NCBI RefSeq assembly: GCF_000737315.1
Contig: NZ_JMCB01000002.1
Span: 206,001-268,000 of the forward strand
Length of the DNA: 62,000 nucleotides
Origin: Hyalangium minutum
Lineage (GTDB): Bacteria > Myxococcota > Myxococcia > Myxococcales > Myxococcaceae
Reading direction: 5' to 3'
Shown here piece after piece: positions 54,416 through 62,000 of this stretch. The first letter of the stretch is position 1. Each line of letters starts with the position of its first letter. Under the pieces are notes generated by a model. It was not told the origin of the DNA. It searched no databases and saw only the letters and a program-made list of their open reading frames with translations. Position numbers and translations under genes: made by a program.

Positions 54416-56787
54416 AGCGCTCACTGTTGATGTTCATGGCTGGAGTTCTGTTCACCCTGTTCGCCCTGTTCACGCTGGTGTTGTTCGGGGACAGCATCCG
54501 CAGGCTCTTCGGCGCGTCCGCTTCCGCGTTGGCGGGCAACCAAGAGTCCTCCAGCTATTACTCCATGGCTCCGGCAGCTCCCTCGGCCCAGGCCGCGCCC
54601 GAGCCTGCTCCCGTCGAGGCGGAGATGGACGCGTTGGCGGGCGGCGGGGCCAGCAGCGAGCGCATGCGGGGCCTGTCGATGAAGCGCATGGAGACCATCC
54701 AGATCATCAAGGGCACCGGAGGCGCTGCGGCGAAGCCCAAGGTGGCCCTCGCCGAGGGTGGGGCGCAGGCCGAGGCCGCGGCCCCGAGCCGCGCCTGGTT
54801 CCCGGAGACGTTCCTCTTCGAGCCCCTCAAGGTGACGGACGAGTCCGGACAAGCGGTAGTGCCGGTAAAGGTGCCGGACCGGCTGACGCGGTGGCGGGTG
54901 CTGGCGCTGGCGCACTCGCGCTCGGGCGCGCAGGCCGGAGCGGTGACGAGCTTCTCGGGCACACTGCCCACGTATGTGGATCCGGTGGTGCCCGCCTTCC
55001 TGTTCACGGGGGATGCCGTGCGCCTGCCCGTGCAGGTGGTGAACACCACGGAGCAGGCGGTGGAGCAGCCGCTGAAGCTGGTGGCTGATGGCGCGGTGGT
55101 GGAGGGCGCCGCCACCCGCACCGTGCGGGTGCCCGCTCAGGGCAGCGTGGTGGAGTACGTGACGCTGAAGGCCACCCAGCCCGGCCCTGTCTCCTTGCAG
55201 GCCTCGCTGGGCACCACGGACGCCATCGTGCGCAGCTTCGATGTGAAGCCCACCGGCCGCCGGGTGGACCAGTCACGCGCGGGCTCGCTCGCGGCGCCGC
55301 GCACCCTGACGCTGGACGGTGTTGCCGACGCGCAGGCGGGCAGTGAGCGGGTGCGGCTGCAGGTGTTCCCGGGGGCTCTGGGCATGCTGCGCGCGGAGCT
55401 CTCCGCGGCGCCTGGGCGCTGGGGACTGGCGGAGGATGCGTATGCGCTGCTCTTGGCGGGCCGCGCGCCCGAGCTGCTGAAGTCGCTCGGGGAGACGGCG
55501 GATGCCGAGGCCCTCAAGGCCATGGCCTCCTTGTCCGGTCAGCGGGTGCTGCGAGCGGCCCGGGCACCGGATGTGCCCACTGCGGCCCTGCTGGCCCAGG
55601 CTGCACTGCAGCACCCGGACAACCCGGTGCTGTCCCGCCTGGGGGAGCGCCTGTCCGCGCAGGTGGCCAACGCCCAGCGTCCGGATGGCACGTGCCAGGG
55701 CGGGGACGGGTGGACGCTGCAGCGGTTACTCGTGGCCACCGCAGATTGTGCGCAGGCCGTGCGCGCGGGCGCCTCTCTCTCGGTGCCGGGCAAGCAGCGG
55801 GCTGCGGCCTTCTCCGCGCGCGCCATGGGGGCTTTCGAGCGCAACCTCTCGCGCGTGCAGGACGGCTACACCGCGGCGGCCATCCTGGCCAGCGGCGGGG
55901 TGACGGGCTCGCTCCAGGAGGCGTTGCGGGCCAAGGTGCGCGAGTCCTTGAAGAAGCGAGACGACGGCGCCGCATACCTGCCGGTGGAGCAGGGCGTGGT
56001 GCGCGCGGACGGAACGGTGCCGGGGGAGGCTGAAGCGACGGCGCTGGCAGTGCTCGCGCTCACGGGAGACAAGGCGGCGCCAATGGCGGACCTGGGCACC
56101 TCGCTGCTGGCCAGCTACCAGCCGGGGTGGGGCTGGGGGGATGGGCGCACCAACCTCCTGAGCCTCCAGGCCGCGATGGTGCTCTTCTCCGAGCCGCTGC
56201 CCTCACAGGTGCGCGTGGTGCTCGAGCGTGACGGGAAGACGGTGACCGAGGGCACCTTCGACGCCAAGGCCCTGCGGGACGTGCTCTCGATGGAGGCGGC
56301 GGCGATGGGCTCGGCAGGGACGCACACGTGGACGGTGCGCGCGGAGCCGGCGGTGCCTGGCCTGGGCTACTCGCTCACGTTGAGCGCGTACGTGCCGTGG
56401 AAGGCCGAGAAGGGCCAGGGACTGGAGCTGGCGGTGAAGGCGCCCGCCGAGGGCAAGGTGGGGATGCCGGCCGAGGTGACAGTGCAGGCGGCCTCTCCGG
56501 CGGGCATGGCACTCCAACTGCGCTACGCGTTGCCCGCGGGGGTCCAGGTGGACACTCCGAGCCTCGAGCGGCTCGTGGCCGAGCGGAAGGTGACGAAGTA
56601 CGAGGTGGAGGATGGGGCGCTCACGCTCACCCTGCCACCGCGCGGCGCGGGCGAGCCCTTCCAGGCCAGCTTCCGCGTGGTGCCGACGCTGGCGGGGACG
56701 CTTCAGGGAGGGGCCTCCAGCCTCTTCCCCGAGGGGCGGCAGGATCTCGTCTCGTACGTCCCGCCCGCTCAGTGGACGGTGCGCTGA
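54412..56787 (+). CDS. Alpha-2-macroglobulin C-terminal half (A2M domain, degenerate thioester domain, terminal MG domain)
   Basis: ATG overlaps the upstream TGA. N-terminal TM/Flp-like helix; RAWFPETFLF..TDESG..VPDRLTRWR..PAFLFTGD (PF00207-type); helical TED-like region; no CxEQ motif. Confidence 0.9.
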   Translation: MKRSLLMFMAGVLFTLFALFTLVLFGDSIRRLFGASASALAGNQESSSYYSMAPAAPSAQAAPEPAPVEAEMDALAGGGASSERMRGLSMKRMETIQIIKGTGGAAAKPKVALAEGGAQAEAAAPSRAWFPETFLFEPLKVTDESGQAVVPVKVPDRLTRWRVLALAHSRSGAQAGAVTSFSGTLPTYVDPVVPAFLFTGDAVRLPVQVVNTTEQAVEQPLKLVADGAVVEGAATRTVRVPAQGSVVEYVTLKATQPGPVSLQASLGTTDAIVRSFDVKPTGRRVDQSRAGSLAAPRTLTLDGVADAQAGSERVRLQVFPGALGMLRAELSAAPGRWGLAEDAYALLLAGRAPELLKSLGETADAEALKAMASLSGQRVLRAARAPDVPTAALLAQAALQHPDNPVLSRLGERLSAQVANAQRPDGTCQGGDGWTLQRLLVATADCAQAVRAGASLSVPGKQRAAAFSARAMGAFERNLSRVQDGYTAAAILASGGVTGSLQEALRAKVRESLKKRDDGAAYLPVEQGVVRADGTVPGEAEATALAVLALTGDKAAPMADLGTSLLASYQPGWGWGDGRTNLLSLQAAMVLFSEPLPSQVRVVLERDGKTVTEGTFDAKALRDVLSMEAAAMGSAGTHTWTVRAEPAVPGLGYSLTLSAYVPWKAEKGQGLELAVKAPAEGKVGMPAEVTVQAASPAGMALQLRYALPAGVQVDTPSLERLVAERKVTKYEVEDGALTLTLPPRGAGEPFQASFRVVPTLAGTLQGGASSLFPEGRQDLVSYVPPAQWTVR

Positions 56788-56850
56788 GCGCAACTTTCCC
56801 AGGGCAGCCGTGTTTCACCCGGAAGACCCATTTTTCATGGAGCATTCCGG

Positions 56851-57975
56851 ATGGACCGAGCGATGTGGAAGGCCGTGGTGTTCGCGGGAGTCGTGGGGCT
56901 GAGCCTGACGGCGGGGGCGCAGCCTGTGGATGAGCAGGTGAGCGCAGGCTTGGAGTTTCTCGATCCTGAGTTCCGAGGGCTGTCGGCGACGTACCAGGAC
57001 AACAACCGGTGGATATGGCAGGCGCCCGTGGATCCGGTGACGGGAGTCATCCTCTCGTCTCAGCGCCAGCTCATCGACGGCCAGGCCACGTCCCTGCTCG
57101 AGTCCTTCCAGGGGCCCGAGTGGGTCCGAGGCAGCGACCGCATCCTTTATACGAAGACGGTCGACTCCGTTCCCAACCTCTGGATCAAGCGCCCCGGCAT
57201 GTCCCCCGCGCAGATCACCGCGCCGCCTGCGGCTCGCTATCTGCTCACGGGCATCCTCACGTCCCGGGGCACCGTGAAGGTGGTGTACCGCCGCAAGGAG
57301 ACGCTGGCCGGCGGTGGGCTCTCCCAGGGCGTGTACTGGCTGGACACCGCCACGCCTTCGGTCGAGCACCTGCTGCCCGGCGCGGACTTGGGCGTGGCGC
57401 CCGTGAGCTGGATTCCGGGTACTGAGGACCTCGTGTACACCCAGCAGCACGACATGGATCCGGGGCCGAGGGAACAGTGGGTGTCCCAGCTTGTTCGCCT
57501 GTCGACCGCGACGGGGGCCATCACCGTGCTCACGAGTGATTTGGACGCGAAAGAGGACTCCTTCGCGTTCCAGGCGCCGGAGGCGCAGCAGGCGCTGCGC
57601 TATGCGACGGTGGTGAATGGCGGCACCCTGCGAATCTATGGAGAAAGCGCTGCGGCGTGGGTCGACCTGCAGCCCCCATCGCAGCTGGGGTTCATGTACT
57701 CGCCCGAGGTGTTCCAGGCCCGCGACAGCCAGGGCACGGTGCGGACCTATTTCGTGGTGGTGATGCGCGCCAGCACCAACCCAGGGGACGTGGGAGAGGT
57801 GTGGGTGCTTGGCCTGAACGGCAGCGCGCTCCGGGTGGATGGCGGCACCGCGAGCCAGCCGCGCCAGCCGGCGGATCCGGAGGTCATCGCGGGTAGCAGC
57901 GAGATCTTCGTGTACTACAACAACTCGGCGAACCTGGCGCTGTGGCGGAGCCGCACGGGCCTGGCCGTGCCCTGA
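56851..57975 (+). CDS. Secreted TolB-like beta-propeller protein
   Basis: Signal peptide (..LTAGAQ) and repeated P(E/S)W/F blade motifs (DPEF, GPEW, PVSW, SPEVF, DPEV). Confidence 0.65.
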   Translation: MDRAMWKAVVFAGVVGLSLTAGAQPVDEQVSAGLEFLDPEFRGLSATYQDNNRWIWQAPVDPVTGVILSSQRQLIDGQATSLLESFQGPEWVRGSDRILYTKTVDSVPNLWIKRPGMSPAQITAPPAARYLLTGILTSRGTVKVVYRRKETLAGGGLSQGVYWLDTATPSVEHLLPGADLGVAPVSWIPGTEDLVYTQQHDMDPGPREQWVSQLVRLSTATGAITVLTSDLDAKEDSFAFQAPEAQQALRYATVVNGGTLRIYGESAAAWVDLQPPSQLGFMYSPEVFQARDSQGTVRTYFVVVMRASTNPGDVGEVWVLGLNGSALRVDGGTASQPRQPADPEVIAGSSEIFVYYNNSANLALWRSRTGLAVP

Positions 57976-57993
57976 GCGGCGCCTCGTCTCTTC

Positions 57994-58830
57994 TCAGCGC
58001 CCCATCAACCACTGGAGCAGCGCTTGAGGGGCATCCACGTGGACGAAGTGGCCGGCCTCCGGAAGCAGGGCCACGGGGCAGCCGGCCGCCTCCATGCGAG
58101 CCGCGTCCGCGTCCGTCACATACCGGGAGCGCCCTCCGCGAATGCAGCGCACCTTCGCGCCTGGGCGCTCCACCGCTGCCCACAGGTTCGTCCCGTTCAC
58201 CCGGCCGTGCAGCTCCGCCAGCGCCTGCCGGTCAAAGCGCCAGCGCACCCCTCCCTCCGGCGTGGAGACGAGGTTCATCACCAGCCAGTCCGCCAGCGGC
58301 TCCGAGAGGCCCTGGCCCGTCAACGCCGCGCGTATCTCCCGGCGGTTGGCGGCGGTCTCGGGCGCCTGGAGCAACACGTTCAGCACCATTCCGCTCTCCG
58401 AGAGGTCCACGGGCACGGGGCTCGGCGAGATGTCGAGCAGCGTCACGCTGGCCACATCCGAGGGTGAGGCGAGGCTGGCCGCGAGCGACACCCGGCCCCC
58501 CAGCGAGTGGCCCACGAGCTCCAGCGGTCCGGTGAGGCCCTTGGCGCGCGCCGTCTCCACCACGTCCCGCGCCATCGTCGTCAGGTCCGTCCCCGGGGGC
58601 ATGGGCAGCGAGCCGCCATGGCCCGTCAGGTCCGGCATCAGGAAGCGCCGGCTCGGATCGGCCGCGCTCCACGCGTTGGCCAGCGAGCGCAGGTTGCGCC
58701 CCGAGCCCAGGAAGCCATGCAGCAGGACGGTGGGCACTTCTCCCTCGCCCAGTTGGAGACTCTCGAGAACCACACGCACTCCCTTTCCAGGCCGTGCGCC
58801 TTGACCTGGGCGCGAGCCATCGCGCTTCAT
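57994..58830 (-). CDS. Alpha/beta hydrolase (YbfF/ABHD11-like esterase)
   Basis: LLHGFLGSGRN, PDLTGHG, GHSLGG nucleophile elbow, AGHFVHVDAP. The true start may be somewhat downstream. Confidence 0.93.
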   Translation of the reverse strand: MKRDGSRPGQGARPGKGVRVVLESLQLGEGEVPTVLLHGFLGSGRNLRSLANAWSAADPSRRFLMPDLTGHGGSLPMPPGTDLTTMARDVVETARAKGLTGPLELVGHSLGGRVSLAASLASPSDVASVTLLDISPSPVPVDLSESGMVLNVLLQAPETAANRREIRAALTGQGLSEPLADWLVMNLVSTPEGGVRWRFDRQALAELHGRVNGTNLWAAVERPGAKVRCIRGGRSRYVTDADAARMEAAGCPVALLPEAGHFVHVDAPQALLQWLMGR

Positions 58831-58862
58831 ACCGCGAACGACCTCGACCTCGGAGCCACTCC

Positions 58863-59378
58863 GTGCCCTTTGCTTCGCTGCTGTGTCTCGTGCTCGCCGC
58901 TTCGCCTGCTGCCTCGGATAAGGCGGACCCTCGCCCCGCCATCGCCGCCGTGCTGGATGACTGGCACAAGGCGGCCGCCGAGGCGGACGAGGCTCGCTAC
59001 TTCGGCCACTTCACCGCCGACGGCGTCTTCCTGGGCACGGATGCCACCGAGCGGTGGACCCGCGATGCGTTCCGCGCCTGGGCCAAGCCCTTCTTCGCCC
59101 GGGGCAAGGCGTGGAGCTTCCGGTCTGTGTCGCGCAACATCGCGTTGTCCAAGGATGGCACTGTGGCGTGGTTCGACGAGGCGCTCGACACCCCGAACAT
59201 GGGACCGTGCCGTGGCTCGGGTGTCCGCGTGAAGGAGGGAGGGGACTGGAAGATCGCCCAGTACAACCTCTCCGTTCCCATCCCCAATGCGCTGCTGCCC
59301 GAGTTCAAGAAGCAGATCGAGGCGCACCTCAAGCAGCCTCCGGCGCCCGCCAAGAGCGAGCCCGCTCCGAAGAAGTAG
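58863..59378 (+). CDS. Secreted NTF2/SnoaL-like protein
   Basis: Signal peptide; LDDWHKAAAEAD..YF..F..DGVFLGTDATERW..AWFDE..CRGSGV..WKIAQYNLS. Confidence 0.88.
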   Translation: MPFASLLCLVLAASPAASDKADPRPAIAAVLDDWHKAAAEADEARYFGHFTADGVFLGTDATERWTRDAFRAWAKPFFARGKAWSFRSVSRNIALSKDGTVAWFDEALDTPNMGPCRGSGVRVKEGGDWKIAQYNLSVPIPNALLPEFKKQIEAHLKQPPAPAKSEPAPKK

Positions 59379-59399
59379 CCAGTTCCAGCCTGAGCGAGG

Positions 59400-60752
59400 C
59401 TACAGGCCGAACGGATAGGTGTCGGGCGCGTCCTCCTCCTCGTGCCCGGCGTTCGCGTCCAGCGGGTGGACCGCGAACGTCTCGTCATAGTGGACCACCG
59501 CGTCGAACTGCGCGGGGAGGTCCGCCAGGAAGTAATGGCTCCAGCGCTCCGTGCGCGGCGCATACACCACGCCAATGGCCCGCTCCAGCCGACGCTCGCG
59601 CAGGCCCGAAGCCGCCTCGCCCAGGTCCTCCATTCGCAGCAGGAACCGAGGCAGCTCCACCTCATGGAAGAGGTGCTCGTAGCTGCCCGGGATCGCGGCG
59701 CGGATGCGGCGGCGCAGCCCTGGGCCATCCCACTCCTTGGCCGCGATCACCGTGCCCGTGTACGTGGTGAAGCCCACGCTGTAGACGGCCTTCGCGTGCC
59801 GCTCGCGCAGGAGCTGCCCCAGGTTCAGCTCGCCCTGATCCCCGAGCTGCGTGGCCCGCGCATCTCCCAGGTGCGAGTTGTGCGCCCAGATCACCATCCG
59901 CGCGGGCTGGCCCGCCTTGCGCGTCAGGTGCGCCGCCAGCGCGTCCGCTGTGTCCGCCATGTGCGTATCACGCAGGTTCCAGCTGTCGTTCCGGCCCGCG
60001 TACATCGTCCGGTAGTAGGCCTCCGCGTCCTGGGCCAGCCGCGCGTTCTGCTCGGCGAAGAACCGGGCGTCCTCTTCCCGTGCACCCTGGGCCGTGCGGC
60101 GCTGCAGCTCCAGCAGCTGCTCCACCACCGCGTCCTCGCACGTGGCCGAGTAGCCGTACGCCGTGGCGTGTCCGTAGCTCTGCGGATCCGTGCCGAACTG
60201 CTCGAAGCACCCGTACCGCTCACGCGCCCGCTGCGCCGCTTGGGGATCCACCTTCTCCAGGTAGTCCACCACGGCGCGCATCGAGGCGTGCAGGCTGTAG
60301 AGGTCCAACCCGTAGAAGCCGGCTCGCTGCTCCGGAGGCCTCGCCGCGTTGTGCGCACGCATCCAGCGCACCAGCTCCGCCACCTCCTGGTTGCGCCACA
60401 TCCACCGGGGGAAGCGCTCGAAGTTCCCCAGCGCGGACGCTGCCTCCGTGTCGGTTCCCTCGCCCTGGATGAAGGCGTTCACGCGGAGGGCGTCCGGCCA
60501 ATCCGCCTCCACCGCTACCGCCGTGAAGCCCTGCTCGGAGATCAGCCGCCGGGTGAGCGCCGCTCGCAGTGCATAGAACTCATGGGTGCCGTGGGTCGCC
60601 TCGCCCAGCAAGACCAGGCGGGCGTCGCCGATGCCCTCGATCAAGGCATCCAGATCCGAGGCCGTGCCCGTGAGTGGCACGGCGGCTGACTTCACTCCGT
60701 CCAGCAGGGCGGAAGAGATGTCCGGTGTGTCGTCATCGAAAAAGGGGGCCAT
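59400..60752 (-). CDS. Erythromycin esterase (EreA/EreB)-family protein
   Basis: VLLGEATHGTHEFY, VAVEADWPDA, FYGLDLYS, WNLRDTHM, IWAHNSHLGDA, RAIGVVY. Confidence 0.93.
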   Translation of the reverse strand: MAPFFDDDTPDISSALLDGVKSAAVPLTGTASDLDALIEGIGDARLVLLGEATHGTHEFYALRAALTRRLISEQGFTAVAVEADWPDALRVNAFIQGEGTDTEAASALGNFERFPRWMWRNQEVAELVRWMRAHNAARPPEQRAGFYGLDLYSLHASMRAVVDYLEKVDPQAAQRARERYGCFEQFGTDPQSYGHATAYGYSATCEDAVVEQLLELQRRTAQGAREEDARFFAEQNARLAQDAEAYYRTMYAGRNDSWNLRDTHMADTADALAAHLTRKAGQPARMVIWAHNSHLGDARATQLGDQGELNLGQLLRERHAKAVYSVGFTTYTGTVIAAKEWDGPGLRRRIRAAIPGSYEHLFHEVELPRFLLRMEDLGEAASGLRERRLERAIGVVYAPRTERWSHYFLADLPAQFDAVVHYDETFAVHPLDANAGHEEEDAPDTYPFGL

Positions 60753-61087
60753 ACCCTGAAGGTGGGCAGGTGCACGGGGACTGCCCAGCCATGCACCGGC
60801 TGTGGGCGAGCAGGCGAGGGGCGGCTCGCGCCCGTGGGCAGGAGCCATGGATGTCGGACCGAGCCGCTACCCTGCTGTTCATGCGGGAGCACTCCTCGAG
60901 CGTGAACGTGTTGGGTTTCCATCACCCGGCCGATGAACCCGCTGGTCACCTCTGGGGTGGGTGCCCATCGTCGCCATCACTCGGGTCAGCCACGGCAAGG
61001 CAATGGGGAACAGGCCGCCCCTCCTGGACGCTCGCTCGGAGCGAGAGAGGAGGGGGCCGGGCCGTGGGGTGGTGGAGGAGCAGGCAG

Positions 61088-61636
61088 ATGGGGCGAGACT
61101 TCTGGGTGGTAGGGGCGCGGTGGCTGATTCTTGCGGCAATGCTCGCGGCGGGGTTGTCCGAGGCCCGTGAAGTGGCTGGCGTGAGGATGGACGACACGCT
61201 GGAGCTGCAAGGCCGCAGGCTGGCGCTCGCGCACATGGCGCTCAAGGAGAAGCTCTTCTTCAACATCTACGTGTGGGGGCTCTATATGGAGCAGATCCCC
61301 CGCGTGGAGGCCGAGGCCATCGCCACCAACTCGGTGAAGCGGCTGCACTTCCGCTTCCTGCGGAAGATCCGCCGGGAGCAGCTCGTGGGGGCCTTCCGGC
61401 AGGGGATTGCCACCAACGCCAGCATGCTCTCGGAGCCCATGCAGCAGGGGATGGAGACGCTGCTGCAGTCCTTCAAGGACGTGAGCAAGGGGGACAACCT
61501 CATCCTCACGTATGATCCCAACGCTGGGCTGCTGGTGTCCGGCGAGGCCTCGGGGGGCGTGCTCATTCCGGGCAAGGGCTTCGCGGACGCGCTGTTCTCG
61601 GCGTGGCTGCAGAAGCACCCGGTGTTCCCGCGCTGA
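61088..61636 (+). CDS. Chalcone isomerase-like (fatty-acid-binding) protein
   Basis: Signal peptide then EVAGV...L.L....KLFFNIYVWGLY...F...W. ATG 61088 chosen within the longer listed ORF. Confidence 0.85.
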   Translation: MGRDFWVVGARWLILAAMLAAGLSEAREVAGVRMDDTLELQGRRLALAHMALKEKLFFNIYVWGLYMEQIPRVEAEAIATNSVKRLHFRFLRKIRREQLVGAFRQGIATNASMLSEPMQQGMETLLQSFKDVSKGDNLILTYDPNAGLLVSGEASGGVLIPGKGFADALFSAWLQKHPVFPR

Positions 61637-61642
61637 GGTCGG

Positions 61643-62000
61643 CTACTTCTTCCGGAGCACGAAGGTCGTGAGCGGCTTGATGCCGTTCTGCTGCGCGAAG
61701 TGGCCCTGGTTGATGGCGAAGGCCACGCGTCCGCGCGAGTCCACGTACATCAACGGCTTGCCCAGCGGCACGTCGCTGAAGGTGGCGGCGAAGGGCAGGC
61801 GCAGCTCGCGGCCCTTGCCGAAGGTGACGCGCGCCGTGTCGCCGCGCTGGTAGCCCAGCTTCGCCAGCAGGGCGCCGTCCGCGTTGGTGACGAGGTTGCC
61901 GTACGGATGCTCGATGGCGAGCACCGTGCCGTTGAGCGCCGTGTCCGTCAGCTTCGCCTCGGGGATTTCAAGGCGCTTCCACTCGGTGAGCACCGGGCCC
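61643..62000 (-). CDS. SAM hydroxide adenosyltransferase (DUF62, chlorinase/fluorinase family), C-terminal part only
   Basis: GTVLAIEHPYGNLVTN, FAATFSDVPLG...VDSRGRVAFAINQG. The 5' part lies beyond the window end. Confidence 0.85.
   Translation of the reverse strand, partial: GPVLTEWKRLEIPEAKLTDTALNGTVLAIEHPYGNLVTNADGALLAKLGYQRGDTARVTFGKGRELRLPFAATFSDVPLGKPLMYVDSRGRVAFAINQGHFAQQNGIKPLTTFVLRKK

Noticed and set aside
59400-60752. Macrolide resistance determinant
   Set aside because: The Ere-family fold is widespread with unknown substrates, there is no mobile context, and resistance cannot be inferred from family membership.
60849-61087. In-frame upstream extension of the chalcone-isomerase-like ORF or a pseudogene fragment
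   Set aside because: No recognisable motif. A signal peptide starts at 61088, and the stretch is likely the divergent promoter region.
61643-62000. Fluorinase/chlorinase implying halometabolite biosynthesis
   Set aside because: Only the C-terminal domain is visible, most DUF62 members are SAM hydrolases, and no biosynthetic cluster is adjacent.
1-62000. IS elements, integrases, tRNA/rRNA genes, prophage
   Set aside because: No transposase or recombinase ORFs, terminal inverted repeats with target duplications, or cloverleaf/rRNA-like segments were recognised. The phage-like genes are all T6SS components. tRNAscan and Infernal were not run.

Overview
GC-rich DNA from a myxobacterium (inferred from the MYXO-CTERM-type tail, PilA-like and AgmC-like proteins; probably Archangiaceae/Cystobacterineae). 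Left third (20-22519, minus strand): a type VI secretion system in one apparent operon, tssJ-K-L-M-B-C-hcp-E-F-G, then a lipoprotein, an NAD(P)-binding protein, vgrG, a putative adaptor, a PAAR-like/Rhs toxin with an HNH/EndoVII-like tip, and a candidate immunity gene. No tssA or clpV is present in the window. Divergent from it (22770-32001): a TraB-architecture OmpA/TSP3 outer-membrane protein, a 1865-aa Ig-repeat adhesin with a MYXO-CTERM-type tail, and a Ser/Thr kinase. Middle: FRG protein, DsbA/FrnE, TPR lipoprotein, VIT-VWA-TPR-DUF2135 lipoprotein, MFS, an APCDD1-like lipoprotein divergent from LysR-AEC, a JAMM/MPN-motif lipoprotein, GNAT and several small proteins. At 49663-56787 is the best candidate for an undescribed system: a lipoprotein fused to a non-cleavable PilA-like pilin domain, followed by an alpha-2-macroglobulin split into two coupled genes at the bait-region position, without a thioester, whose second half starts with a Flp-pilin-like helix. 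Right end: beta-propeller protein, alpha/beta hydrolase, NTF2/SnoaL, erythromycin-esterase family, chalcone-isomerase-like protein and a truncated SAM hydroxide adenosyltransferase. No rRNA, tRNA, CRISPR array or IS element was seen. All family calls come from motif recognition by eye; no searches were run.
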